Positions 38,260-49,121 of a stretch of DNA of 64,000 bases are shown in pieces. A program made the translations under genes and the position numbers. The notes beneath the pieces were generated by a model, which saw only the letters and a program-made list of their open reading frames with translations, searched no databases and was not told the origin of the DNA. How positions within the stretch are numbered: position 1 is the stretch's first letter; each line of letters opens with the position of its first letter. The DNA is from an uncultured virus (IMG/VR IMGVR_UViG_3300020379_000310) (lineage: Duplodnaviria; Heunggongvirae; Uroviricota; Caudoviricetes): IMG/VR virus record IMGVR_UViG_3300020379_000310; one strand, 5' to 3'.

Positions 38260-39858
38260 ATGGCCATTCTGTTACTAGAACAGGCAAGGTTTCATCAGGC
38301 GAGGTCTTTCTATAGAGATATCTATAACGGCAATGATAAATTTTATCTTGCGGCCTCGCGTACTGAAACATGGACGGATGATACTGCGCCTGATACATCG
38401 GTAGATAATCGTATTGATGTACAGAATTTCAGAGATAAGATACTTTTTGTAAAGAAAGTACAATCTGCTGACACGGCTATGTTAGCTCGAAGGATTGATT
38501 GGGTAACTGGGACAGTATATGATAGGTATGATGATAACTATTCATCTACGAATGCCTCTTATTCTGGTGCGACTTCATTACAGACTGCTAATTTTTACAT
38601 TTTAACAGACAATTTTAATGTCTATAAATGTATTGACAATAACAATAGTGGACAAAGTACTGTAAAACCAAATAGTACTGGTACTGAAATATTTACAACC
38701 TCAGATGGTTATAAATGGAAGTTTCTATTTCAAATAGGTGCTTCTGATAGAACTAAGTTTTTATCTACAGCATTTATGCCAGTCAGAAAAGTATCTGGTG
38801 CTGGTCAACCATCGTTTGATGTAAACGGTGAGATTGATAGTATTACAGTTAGTGCTGGAGGAAGTGGATATACTTCTGTTCCTACCATTACTATAAACGG
38901 TGATGGAACTGGTGCTACTGCTGTTGCTACTCTTTCTGGTGGTGCTGTATCGTCAATAACCGTTACCACTGCTGGTACTGGATACACATTTGCAGATATA
39001 GTAATAACTGGTGGTGGAGGTGCTAACGCAAAAGCAGATGCTGTTTTAGGTAGTACTGATACTGCAACACTACAAACGAATGTAGAAGGTACTGCGGTAA
39101 AAGGTACTATTGATAATATACTTGTAACCAATCAAGGAACAGATTATACTGCCGGAGATGTAACACTCAAAATTACTGGCGATGGAGCTGGGGCAACCTG
39201 TGCTGCTGTAGTAAATACAAACGGAAATATTACAGGTGTTACTATTACAAATCCAGGCTCTGGATATACAAACGCAACAATAACATTAACACAAAGTTCT
39301 GGTTCTGGTATTAATGCTAGTTTTAGAGTTATTATATCACCGATTGACGGACATGGTGCTCACCCACAAAAAGAATTGTTTTGTAAAAGAGTGGGAGTAA
39401 CAGTATCATTTGATAATGACTCAAGAGATTTAATTACTGGTAATGATTATAGACAAGTAGGATTGGTAAAAAACATTACTAAATATGGGTTAAGTAGTCT
39501 ATTCGATGATGCAACTGGTTCTCCTCATTTTATTATCGGAGTCACAGACCCAAATAATTATGGCGCGGATGATATTGTAGAATCAACAACTGGAGGTAAC
39601 TTTACAGTAGCTCAGTTGAGGGATACGACAGGAAACGGAACAGACGATAGTGTATATCTGCAAGAAAATACTGCTGGTATTGGTTCTTCAGACACTATTA
39701 ATAATTTAACAAAAGGACTCTCTAATTTGACTATAAATAGTCTTACAAATCCAGAAATAGACCACAATTCTGGAGATGTTATTTACTTTGACAATAGAAA
39801 ACCTATTACAAGGGAAGAGGGTCAAGTAGAGACAGTAAAAATAATATTTACTTTCTAA
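38260..39858 (+). CDS. gp8: baseplate wedge subunit gp8-like
   Basis: [54 protein letters not shown]. Confidence 0.85.
   Translation: MAILLLEQARFHQARSFYRDIYNGNDKFYLAASRTETWTDDTAPDTSVDNRIDVQNFRDKILFVKKVQSADTAMLARRIDWVTGTVYDRYDDNYSSTNASYSGATSLQTANFYILTDNFNVYKCIDNNNSGQSTVKPNSTGTEIFTTSDGYKWKFLFQIGASDRTKFLSTAFMPVRKVSGAGQPSFDVNGEIDSITVSAGGSGYTSVPTITINGDGTGATAVATLSGGAVSSITVTTAGTGYTFADIVITGGGGANAKADAVLGSTDTATLQTNVEGTAVKGTIDNILVTNQGTDYTAGDVTLKITGDGAGATCAAVVNTNGNITGVTITNPGSGYTNATITLTQSSGSGINASFRVIISPIDGHGAHPQKELFCKRVGVTVSFDNDSRDLITGNDYRQVGLVKNITKYGLSSLFDDATGSPHFIIGVTDPNNYGADDIVESTTGGNFTVAQLRDTTGNGTDDSVYLQENTAGIGSSDTINNLTKGLSNLTINSLTNPEIDHNSGDVIYFDNRKPITREEGQVETVKIIFTF
39732..39739 (+). promoter_or_regulatory. 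possible late promoter inside gp8 for the VrlC-like gene
   Basis: TATAAATA about 130 nt upstream of ATG 39871. Confidence 0.4.
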
Positions 39859-39870
39859 AAGGGATAAAAG

Positions 39871-42800
39871 ATGGCGATTGATTTAAATGTAACACCATAT
39901 TATAATGACTTTTCAGCGGCTAAGAAATTTAATCGCGTGGTCTTTAAGCCTGGTGTTGCTGTACAAGCAAGGGAACTAACACAACTCCAAGATTACATGC
40001 TGAACACTTTTAAGGAGTTTGGTGATTTTGTATTTAAAGATGGTGCTACTGTAAGAGGTGGTTTTGGATATCCTGTTCTTATCCCATTTATAAAAATCAA
40101 TGACCTAGATGCTGATTCTACAGCCATATCAAATGATACTCTTGCAAATTATGTTGGCGATACTATAGTAGGTGGTACAACAGGAATAGAAGCAGTAATT
40201 AAATCTGTAAGAACTGGTACTGATACAGAAGCGGTTGAAAAGAAAACTCTTTATTTAAACTATACCAAAGGTAACGAAAAAAGTGCTGGAACTATTGCTT
40301 CTAATGTCAGATTTGATGCTGGTGAAACTTTAACAGTTACCAGTACTAATGTTGAGAGAAATGGTGATACATTTGTTGTAGATAACAATACAGATATAAA
40401 CAGTTTTACAAAAAATTTCTATGGATATGCTATTGATTTTGTATTAGAAGAAGGTATAATTTATGCACAGGGTAAATTTGTCTCTCATGATACTCAAATA
40501 ATTAGACTTGATAACTATAATCCAAATGTTAATTATTTTGTTGGTGTCAAAGTTAACGAAACAATTGTTTCATCGGATGATGATACAAGTCTTTTAGACC
40601 CAGCTACAGGCGCTTACAATTTCAATGCGCCTGGCGCCGACAGAACAAAAGTAGACACAGTAATTACTAAAGTACCTTTTGGTAAAAATCACGAACTCAA
40701 TAAAACATATGAACTGGGTGAGTTTATATCAAATGGTGATAACATTTATGAAGTAACTACTGCTGGTACGACTTCCTCTTCTGGTACTGGGCCAAATCAT
40801 ACGACAGGAAATGCTACAGATGGTAGTGTTGTATTTAAGTATTTTGAATTCCCCGAAGGATTCACTGCCCTGTATAAAATTAACAAAGGTCAAATTGAAA
40901 AAAGATATGACGGTGATTTAACCGAACTCGCGGAACTGGGTAAACAGTTGGCTGCTGAACAAAGAGAAAGTGATGGTGATTATGTTGTAGAACCTTTCAC
41001 CATTAAAATTAGAGAACATTTAAAAACCGTAAAGGGTGTTACATTTGACACATCTACAAATACAAATTACGGTCAAGGACAATTTGTAAATCACTTAGGA
41101 AAACTTTACGAAGTGGTTTTAGCTGGTACTTCCGATTCATCTACTCCGCCAACCCACTCCAGTGGTGATGTTTTAAGTGGTACTGTTAAGTTTGGTGCTA
41201 GAGGTGCTTCATACAGGTTTGATAACGATGGAACAAACTTTACAACAGATAGTGACCCTGGCGATGCTGATAGACTATCGGTGACCGTATCGCCTGGCGT
41301 AGCATATGTAAATGGTTTCCGCAGACAATTTTATAAAAATACTGCTCTTAAAGTCAGAAAAGGAACATCTACGGAAATAAAGGAAGCGAGAGATGTTACA
41401 TTGGGATATGGTAACTTTTTCGATGTCAAAGAAGTTTGTGGTACATTCGATATAGAGAATGGTGCTTTATGTAACATTGGTTATTATGGTACTATAGGTT
41501 CACAGACAGGTGCAGCCGCAGTTTCAGATGGAACTTTTGGTACTCATGCTTCTTTAGGAACAGTTATTGGTACATGTAGAGTTCGCGCTATGAAAAGAGC
41601 ATCTGGAAATCCAGGCGCTGCTACTACTCAATACAGACTTTTTGTATACGATGTAAGAATAAAAGATGGTAAACTATCTGACGCGAGAACAATTCAATTT
41701 CCAAACTCTACCGACAGTGGATTCGCTGATATTTTATTAGAAGACCTTAATGGAAATGGAACAAAAGATTCTGCTGTACTTAGTGGTACAATGTATAACA
41801 AGATGGTGTATCATACACCTTGGAACTTTACTAAAACACTTGCAGCTGCTGGTGGTGGTTCATATGATACTCAATATTATTATACTGAAGAATTCAATGT
41901 AAGTGTTGCCGCTAATGGTACATTTAGTATTAGTACTTCCTCGCTTGGGTCTGAAGTTATATTCCCATATTCTGTCTCTGGACTTACACAAACCATATTA
42001 GATAATAGATTTTACATGGTTTGTAAAACGCCAGGCATCACAGATTTTGGTGATGGAACTACCATATCTGGTTCCGAGGGTAGAGTTATCCGACTCACAC
42101 CTAGTCAAGTAACTGCAGCTGCTAATGGACAAAGTATGTCGTTTGACATGGGAGCTCCTAGTGCTGGATACGATGCTTACATACAAATGGAAGTAAAAGT
42201 AGTAGACGCTGTACCAGTACCAAAATCTTATAATACTGGTAGATATGTGACCATCGACACCAATGATAACGCTGGAGGCAGTGACGGGCCTTGGAATCTT
42301 GGTATCACGGATGTTAAATCAATTGAAGCAATATACATTCAACCATCATCAACAAATGTATACTTGGATGATGCAGATGGCAAAACAAATTACAAAGACG
42401 ATTTTATTTTAGATAATGGACAAAGAGATAATTTTTATGGTCACGCGAAACTCATTAAGAAACTTGGAAGTCCAGTAAGCACCACTGCAGCTTATATAAC
42501 TGTTAAGTTAAGTCACTTTACCGCTAACTATGGTGGTTCCAACGGAACATATTTTGCAAAAGATTCCTATCCAGTAGACGATACTGGTGCCACTGGTATT
42601 TACACTTTTGAAATTCCAAATTATATATCAAACCAATCGGGACAGTTTATTTTAAGAGATTCCATTGATTTTAGACCTATGGTTAAAAATACAGCTGTTT
42701 CTGCTACAACATTGGCGACAGCAACTAACAATCCATATAGAACAGAGGAATTTGATTTACCTTCTAATGGTATTCAATTCCCAACTCCAAATACTAGTTT

Positions 42801-45800
42801 TACTACAGATGTAGAATATTACTTACCTAGAGTTGACAACATTATTATTGATAGGTCTGGGTCATTCCGAGTTATAGAAGGTATTTCAAAAATACCAGCT
42901 AAACCCCCAATTGAAGATGCAGACTCTATGCAAGTAGCAGAAGTTTTTGTTGCGCCTTTCCCATCGGTTGCGCCAAGTGTTGCAACTAAATTTGATGCCC
43001 CAGAATCACAGGTCAGACATCAATTGAAGGGACAGAACAGACGATATACAATGGAAGATATTGGTCAAATTGAACAAAGAATTAATCGACTAGAATATTA
43101 TCTTGCTTTATCTCTTTTAGAAATGCAAGCAAAAGACCAACAAATACTAGATGCAAACGGAAATGACAGATTTAAAAACGGTATCTATGTAAATTCTTTT
43201 GATAGTGACTCACTAAGTGATTTGGATGACCCAAATTATTCTGCTTCCTATAATTCATCTAAGAAAAGATTAGGCCCAGCTTTTAATGATTATCAAGCAG
43301 ATTTAATATTAAACGAAACACATGGTACTTCTGGTTGGACAAGACAGGGTTCTGTCATAACCAGACCATTTATCTTAGAGTCTGGTACTGAAAACCGATA
43401 CGCTACTAAAGTAAGAAATTGCGTAGGTGAGTTACAATTTAATTACGAAGGAGAAATGGAAATTTTCCCTCGTTCAGATAACCAACCAAGTTCAACACAA
43501 GATGACCCAAATCCACAGTTTATTGGTATATCAAATGCACAAGCGACTCAGAATGCTGCCTCTGCGATTAATGCCTCAAGAAATGTAGTTGGATTTGAGA
43601 CTTCATTTGAAAGAGGTCTTTATGACGCAGCTACTGACACAGTAGACCCAACTGGGTACTTTGACCATAACACAAGAGAAGTTACAATTGAAACTGGTTC
43701 TGAAGCTGGAGCGTTTACTGGAGATGTTACGGGCACGGTTGGAACAAACACCCAATTTAATGAGGTTTTTGGCACATTGTTTGAACAAACTGGTGCTGGT
43801 GCTGTTAGTGGACAGATAACTGGAAATGTTTCGGGTTCTGTCTCATTGACTCCAACTATGAAAGTTCAACATATTGTTGAAACATCTGTTCCAATTATAC
43901 AAACTGCTTCATCTCAACTTCAACATACTCAAAAATTTAAAATAGACGATGTAGTTAGGGATGTTTCACTGTTACCTAATATGCGACAAAATAGAATCGC
44001 TGTTAGGGTTCGTAGAATGAAACCAAATACTAGATTGTATTTTTACTTTGATGACCAACCACAGAGTAATAGATGTTGTCCTTGTGATGTCGAAAGATTT
44101 GATGCACATATTCCAGTATGGCAGGCTTCTGGTGCAAGAACAGGTCACTCATTCCTTCAGACTAGACTAATAAACACTCCATTGGGTGTGGCAGAAGACC
44201 CAGACTTAAATTACCTTTACACTGGTTCAGCTCCTGCTGATATGGGAGACCCAGTTGTTACTGACCAAAATGGTGACGCTGCTTTTGTTTATTTCTTGCC
44301 TGCTGGTAATGGTGCTGCTGAAGGTTCTGGATTTGATAACATTACTTTCCCTGTGGGTACTCGTAGAATGAGAGTTACAGATGACCTAACAGATAGGTAT
44401 AATTTTGTAACCACACAAGCTGAAACAGATTACTCTGCTTTCGCATTACATCAATATAGAAAAAGTGTAGATTTAACCGTTGAACATCATGTCATGAGTA
44501 CATCTACTACAAAAGATTTTTCGGGTGCCACAAAAAATGTTACGGGCGAACATATTCTTGATGTTGGTATTCAGCCTGGCGAAATGGAAATATCCATTAA
44601 TGACTTGAAAGCTGACCTAGATGTTACACAACCAAGTTTCATAGTTCATCCACCGAGATTTGTCGGTGACCCAATTGGACAAACTTTTGGAATAGGAGAT
44701 GCTCCAAATGGAGCCTTTGTTAAAAAAGTAAGAGTTTTCTTCAGAGACAGGCCAGGCCAAAGTGCTAATGTTGCAAATCCGGCTACTGATACTGGACAAG
44801 GTATCACTATGCAAATAAGAAAAGTTGTCAATGGATATCCAGGCCAAATGATAATGGCTTCAACTTTCAAGCAAGCTAGTGAAGTAAAAACTACAGAATC
44901 TTTATCAATTACTGGTGGCGTAGATTTAGGAACAAATTATAATTTTGCTGCCTCGCAAGCTACAGATTTTGAATTTGATGAACCAGTATATGTTGCACCA
45001 AACGAAGAGTATGCATTTGTTCTTCTACCAGAAAGAAATGACCCTAATTATAATATATGGATTTCTAAGTTGGGTGAAAATAAACTTGGAACTACACAAA
45101 GAGTTACTGCTGAAGAAACAAATATTGCTGGAATGTTATTTACATCTTCAAACAGTAGGGCTTGGAGTGCTCATCAAACAGAAGATATAAAATTTAGTAT
45201 ATTCTATTGTCAGTTTACTCTCGGAGAAGGAACTGTAGAGTTTGTTAACGAAGACGCGGAATATATTACTGGTTCAGATTATACTGCTGGTAGACCACAA
45301 GAGGGACAAAATGTTCATGGGTTTGATGTAACTATTTCTGGTGGCGGTTCTGGATACAGTGTCAATGATGTTATTCAACTGAACCAAATCAATACTACCT
45401 CTAATAATAACACTATTGCTGGTAGTGGAGTAAAATTAAAAGTTACTAGTGTAAGTTCTGGTGCTGTAACTGGTGTAGAGGTTCTTGATACTGGAACAGG
45501 TTTCCAACCAATTAGAGGTTTGACCCCAGCATTGGTACATCCCGGCAGCGTAGGACAATTAGCTGTTGTTCCTACTGGTGGTTCTGGTGCTAACTTTACA
45601 TTAAAAATAAAACATGGTATAGTAGAACAAGTTGACCCTCGCACAGAAAAAATTGAAATAACTTACGATAAGGTTGTTGCTGACCAAGCCATAACCGATA
45701 GTTCATTGTACTTTAAAGTCGGTGAAGTTATAGGAACTGGTGCTACTGAATTGGAGGGTGGTTTAAGAAAAACAGAATTTAAAGTTGCTAGTATTTCTAA

Positions 45801-46974
45801 CAAAGTATTCAACAACTTTAGAACAAACACTACCATAAAAGATTTCCCACGGGCTAAACTGACTTACAGTGCTGCTGTAACAAATTCTACTGGTGCAACT
45901 GCGCCTGGCGGAACTTATGTAGATGTCCAACCAGTAGATAGAAGATTTACTACAGAAGAGGCTGCTATATATTCTGCTTCCAATGAGTTCGCACTTACTG
46001 GTAGTGGTAGATATGGTAAGAAAACTTTTAGACAAAGATATACCATGTCAACGGATACCGAAGACTTATCACCTATAATACCTCTTTATAGAAACGCGGT
46101 TATTACTAGGGCATTTGAAATTAATAATGATGCTACAGGTGAGGAAGCAAACGGTGGTGCTGCTAAATCTAAATTTATTTCCAGAAAGGTTAGACTTGAT
46201 GATGGACAGGAAGCAGAAGATGTCAGACTTTCTGTTGCTTTGAAACAACCCGCTGGTTCTGAGTTCAAGGTATACTTTAAAGGTCAATCCCCAGAGGATG
46301 ACGGTGATTTTTATGAAGATTTGCCTTGGACAGAAATGGAATTAGTAACTGGACAAAATCAAGGTAATTCTGCATCGCGGAATCAGTTTATTGACTTTGA
46401 CTTCCAGTTACCAAGTACTGTTCTTGACGGAAATGGTGTATTTAACTATACTACTAAGCGTGTAAACGCACTTACAATAGGAACTGCTGGTTCTGGTTAT
46501 GCCAATACTAGTTCAGTGGACTTTATTGTAACTGGTGGTGGTACACCTACAAGACCTGCCGCTATTAAGGCAACTGCCTTAGCTGGTGGTGGTTTGGGAA
46601 CTATTGAAATTGTAGACCCAGGCCGAGGATATAGTAGTGCTCCTACAATAACTGTGGCAAAAAACCACGCGGTAAGTACATTTATTGCAGGCGGAACATT
46701 TGTAGGTAACGGTTCAAACTTATATGAAGCTACTGTGGGTGGTACAACTGGTGCTGCTTCAGCTTCATCCGCACCAGTACATACAAGTGGTACTGCTACA
46801 GACGGTGATGTTACTTGGACTTATAGAGGAGTAAGACCTGTAGTAACTTGCACAGTTGCGGATACTACATTTGAGAGGTTTAAAACCTTCTCCACTAAAT
46901 TAGTTATGCTTACATCCAATACTTCTTCTATACCAGAAGCTAAACAATTGAGGATTATCGCCTTACAGGCGTAA
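39871..46974 (+). CDS. large virion structural / tail fibre-base protein (VrlC/DUF4815-like)
   Basis: LNVTPYYNDF, FKPGVAVQARELTQLQ, NAPGADR, YYLPRVD, RYTMEDIGQIEQRINRLEYY, LRIIALQ terminus; 2367 aa. Confidence 0.85.
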   Translation: MAIDLNVTPYYNDFSAAKKFNRVVFKPGVAVQARELTQLQDYMLNTFKEFGDFVFKDGATVRGGFGYPVLIPFIKINDLDADSTAISNDTLANYVGDTIVGGTTGIEAVIKSVRTGTDTEAVEKKTLYLNYTKGNEKSAGTIASNVRFDAGETLTVTSTNVERNGDTFVVDNNTDINSFTKNFYGYAIDFVLEEGIIYAQGKFVSHDTQIIRLDNYNPNVNYFVGVKVNETIVSSDDDTSLLDPATGAYNFNAPGADRTKVDTVITKVPFGKNHELNKTYELGEFISNGDNIYEVTTAGTTSSSGTGPNHTTGNATDGSVVFKYFEFPEGFTALYKINKGQIEKRYDGDLTELAELGKQLAAEQRESDGDYVVEPFTIKIREHLKTVKGVTFDTSTNTNYGQGQFVNHLGKLYEVVLAGTSDSSTPPTHSSGDVLSGTVKFGARGASYRFDNDGTNFTTDSDPGDADRLSVTVSPGVAYVNGFRRQFYKNTALKVRKGTSTEIKEARDVTLGYGNFFDVKEVCGTFDIENGALCNIGYYGTIGSQTGAAAVSDGTFGTHASLGTVIGTCRVRAMKRASGNPGAATTQYRLFVYDVRIKDGKLSDARTIQFPNSTDSGFADILLEDLNGNGTKDSAVLSGTMYNKMVYHTPWNFTKTLAAAGGGSYDTQYYYTEEFNVSVAANGTFSISTSSLGSEVIFPYSVSGLTQTILDNRFYMVCKTPGITDFGDGTTISGSEGRVIRLTPSQVTAAANGQSMSFDMGAPSAGYDAYIQMEVKVVDAVPVPKSYNTGRYVTIDTNDNAGGSDGPWNLGITDVKSIEAIYIQPSSTNVYLDDADGKTNYKDDFILDNGQRDNFYGHAKLIKKLGSPVSTTAAYITVKLSHFTANYGGSNGTYFAKDSYPVDDTGATGIYTFEIPNYISNQSGQFILRDSIDFRPMVKNTAVSATTLATATNNPYRTEEFDLPSNGIQFPTPNTSFTTDVEYYLPRVDNIIIDRSGSFRVIEGISKIPAKPPIEDADSMQVAEVFVAPFPSVAPSVATKFDAPESQVRHQLKGQNRRYTMEDIGQIEQRINRLEYYLALSLLEMQAKDQQILDANGNDRFKNGIYVNSFDSDSLSDLDDPNYSASYNSSKKRLGPAFNDYQADLILNETHGTSGWTRQGSVITRPFILESGTENRYATKVRNCVGELQFNYEGEMEIFPRSDNQPSSTQDDPNPQFIGISNAQATQNAASAINASRNVVGFETSFERGLYDAATDTVDPTGYFDHNTREVTIETGSEAGAFTGDVTGTVGTNTQFNEVFGTLFEQTGAGAVSGQITGNVSGSVSLTPTMKVQHIVETSVPIIQTASSQLQHTQKFKIDDVVRDVSLLPNMRQNRIAVRVRRMKPNTRLYFYFDDQPQSNRCCPCDVERFDAHIPVWQASGARTGHSFLQTRLINTPLGVAEDPDLNYLYTGSAPADMGDPVVTDQNGDAAFVYFLPAGNGAAEGSGFDNITFPVGTRRMRVTDDLTDRYNFVTTQAETDYSAFALHQYRKSVDLTVEHHVMSTSTTKDFSGATKNVTGEHILDVGIQPGEMEISINDLKADLDVTQPSFIVHPPRFVGDPIGQTFGIGDAPNGAFVKKVRVFFRDRPGQSANVANPATDTGQGITMQIRKVVNGYPGQMIMASTFKQASEVKTTESLSITGGVDLGTNYNFAASQATDFEFDEPVYVAPNEEYAFVLLPERNDPNYNIWISKLGENKLGTTQRVTAEETNIAGMLFTSSNSRAWSAHQTEDIKFSIFYCQFTLGEGTVEFVNEDAEYITGSDYTAGRPQEGQNVHGFDVTISGGGSGYSVNDVIQLNQINTTSNNNTIAGSGVKLKVTSVSSGAVTGVEVLDTGTGFQPIRGLTPALVHPGSVGQLAVVPTGGSGANFTLKIKHGIVEQVDPRTEKIEITYDKVVADQAITDSSLYFKVGEVIGTGATELEGGLRKTEFKVASISNKVFNNFRTNTTIKDFPRAKLTYSAAVTNSTGATAPGGTYVDVQPVDRRFTTEEAAIYSASNEFALTGSGRYGKKTFRQRYTMSTDTEDLSPIIPLYRNAVITRAFEINNDATGEEANGGAAKSKFISRKVRLDDGQEAEDVRLSVALKQPAGSEFKVYFKGQSPEDDGDFYEDLPWTEMELVTGQNQGNSASRNQFIDFDFQLPSTVLDGNGVFNYTTKRVNALTIGTAGSGYANTSSVDFIVTGGGTPTRPAAIKATALAGGGLGTIEIVDPGRGYSSAPTITVAKNHAVSTFIAGGTFVGNGSNLYEATVGGTTGAASASSAPVHTSGTATDGDVTWTYRGVRPVVTCTVADTTFERFKTFSTKLVMLTSNTSSIPEAKQLRIIALQA

Positions 46975-46984
46975 TAAATAGAGT

Positions 46985-47209
46985 ATGGAAAACAAGGTTT
47001 CAAGTTTAGAGTATAGAAGAGATGATGAATCTGGTGCATTATTAAATGTTGACCATAATTCATTGGCTGCATACAAAAGGAGGAAACATCTTGCTAACCA
47101 AAAAACAGTTCAGATTAATGAAATGTCAAATGATATAAATAGTCTAAAGCAAGATTTCCAAGAAATCAAAAGCATTTTAATGCAACTTGTTAATAACATT
47201 GATAAATAA
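46985..47209 (+). CDS. small coiled-coil hypothetical protein
   Basis: RDDESGALLN...INSLKQDFQEIKSILMQL, directly after the VrlC-like gene. Confidence 0.75.
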   Translation: MENKVSSLEYRRDDESGALLNVDHNSLAAYKRRKHLANQKTVQINEMSNDINSLKQDFQEIKSILMQLVNNIDK

Positions 47210-47225
47210 AAGATAGGGAAGAGAC

Positions 47226-48071
47226 ATGTCAACTATAACACTAAGAGCATCTAAGGGTTCACCCCTCACTAATACTGAGGTGGATACTAACTTTAGTAAC
47301 CTCAACAACGACAAGTATGAGTCGGGTAATAATGTGTCAGTTGGTACTCTTACTGCTAGTGGCAATGTTACTTTCGGCATCGCTGCCACTGTATCTGCTG
47401 CTGGAAGTACACAGGGTACTGCTACTGCATTAACCAAAACATACAACATTGTATCTACTGCATCTGCGAACCAAGGTATTATTTTACCTTCTGCAGCTGC
47501 TGGTCTGGTAATCAACATATATAACATTAGTGGCAATACTATTAAAGTATATCCCGCTTCTACAGAAACCATCGATGGTGGTTCTGCAAACGCACCAGTT
47601 GAAGTAGTAACTGCAAACGGTGCTGAGTTAGTTGGTGTTAGTACTGGTGGTTGGAGACAAGTTGGTTCTGGCGGTAGTAATTTAGCTTCAATAACAGTAA
47701 ACGATTCCGCAGAACTATTGGGAGACTTGAAGTATGGAATTAATGCTTCACTTTCAACTTCTGGTTCTGGACAAGGTGATGCAACTGCAATAACTGAAAC
47801 AATCAATGTGGTTGGTACAGTTGGTGGTAGTTCAGAGGGTGTGGTTTTACCAACCGCAGCTGCTGGATTACATGTAGTTGTTGCTAATATCACTACGACT
47901 GATTGCAAATTGTATCCCGCTACATCGGATACTATTGAAAGTGGTTCCGCAAACGCAGCTGTAACACTGCCCGCGAAAACTACATTTACTTTAACATGTC
48001 AAGACGCGACCAATTGGGTGAAACATAGAGGACTTGCAGTCTACAATTCATCTGGTTCGTTGCTAAACTAA
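47226..48071 (+). CDS. tail fibre-like protein with internal duplication
   Basis: N-terminal LRASKGSPLTNTEVDTNF; two repeats of G.QG.ATA.T...GV.LP.AAAGL...K.YPA...TI..GSANA.V. Confidence 0.7.
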   Translation: MSTITLRASKGSPLTNTEVDTNFSNLNNDKYESGNNVSVGTLTASGNVTFGIAATVSAAGSTQGTATALTKTYNIVSTASANQGIILPSAAAGLVINIYNISGNTIKVYPASTETIDGGSANAPVEVVTANGAELVGVSTGGWRQVGSGGSNLASITVNDSAELLGDLKYGINASLSTSGSGQGDATAITETINVVGTVGGSSEGVVLPTAAAGLHVVVANITTTDCKLYPATSDTIESGSANAAVTLPAKTTFTLTCQDATNWVKHRGLAVYNSSGSLLN

Positions 48072-48082
48072 GGAGAAATTGA

Positions 48083-49057
48083 ATGGCAGGGCCAGTTACA
48101 CTTAAAGCAGGGTCATATCCGGCGCCCGTTGGGGGATTACAAGGTCTCAGAGAATTATCAGCCACTGAGATTAAAGACCAAGTAGCCGGCGTGCTTACTT
48201 TGAAATTTGCCGCTGACACGGATGGTTCTGGGACAGGAGAACTAAATGTTGTTACTGGTGGTTCTGCTGGTAGTGATGAAATCGGAACATTTACAAACAG
48301 AGAGAGAACTGAATCTGTAGGTGACCACCCTGCTGGTGGTGGAACTACGGATACTATCTACCGATTTAATCAACCAGTTGCTGCTGTAAGTGAGTCTGGA
48401 CAAATTAATCCTATGCGATGGACAGGAACAGCTTTAGAACAATCAACAGATACAGAATTAGACACTGAAGTATTAGATTTAGTTTTAACTGCAATGGCTG
48501 CTGAAGACGCAAATACAGTCGGACAATATAAAATTGGAACATCTTCACCTTCTGGTGGAACATGGACTTCAAGATATACTATTACAGAGACACAAGTTGA
48601 CGGAACAGATGTAAACTACTACCTCTATCAAAAAACTGCACCAACTACAGATGCTGGAACAGACCAAAATTTACTTTTAAAACTTGGTGACGAAGGTCAA
48701 CCAAACGAAATGTCAACTGCAAACTTACAAACATTAGTGCCTGCAATGAGAAACAGAATTGTTTCTAGTGGAGTAGGAACTTATCTACTTCAAACAGGTT
48801 CACCATCTGCTACTGGAACATGGGTACAGATGGGGTCAACGATGACTGACCAATTAAAAGACATCTCATCACAGAACTATGCTGGAGACTACACAGGGTC
48901 ATACACTGGGTACTATGACCGATTCTTTGCTGGATTCTTAAATGGTGCATACGCTGGTTCATATTCTGGTACATATACTGGATATTATGCTGGTAACACT
49001 GTACAATCAACAAGTTCCACGCAAGAAACAAAACAGCTGTTTATTAGAACCGCTTAA
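48083..49057 (+). CDS. putative virion structural protein with a C-terminal YxG repeat
   Basis: AAGGAG RBS; Thr/Gly-rich; NYAGDYTGSYTGYY...AYAGSYSGTYTGYYAG. Confidence 0.65.
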   Translation: MAGPVTLKAGSYPAPVGGLQGLRELSATEIKDQVAGVLTLKFAADTDGSGTGELNVVTGGSAGSDEIGTFTNRERTESVGDHPAGGGTTDTIYRFNQPVAAVSESGQINPMRWTGTALEQSTDTELDTEVLDLVLTAMAAEDANTVGQYKIGTSSPSGGTWTSRYTITETQVDGTDVNYYLYQKTAPTTDAGTDQNLLLKLGDEGQPNEMSTANLQTLVPAMRNRIVSSGVGTYLLQTGSPSATGTWVQMGSTMTDQLKDISSQNYAGDYTGSYTGYYDRFFAGFLNGAYAGSYSGTYTGYYAGNTVQSTSSTQETKQLFIRTA

Positions 49058-49060
49058 GAC

Positions 49061-49100
49061 TTGACATATATAGTGGGGTAGGTGTATAATAAACCTACCC
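49061..49100 (+). promoter_or_regulatory. sigma70-type promoter overlapping an inverted repeat
   Basis: TTGACA (49061)-18 bp-TATAAT (49085); GGGTAGGT/ACCTACCC arms flank the -10 box. Confidence 0.7.
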
Positions 49101-49121
49101 ATTTAATCATGAGGAAATATT

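Noticed and set aside
47177..47908. 243 aa antisense ORF, plus many other 60-175 aa antisense ORFs in the track
   Set aside because: Shadow ORFs opposite well-supported genes; no RBS or motifs
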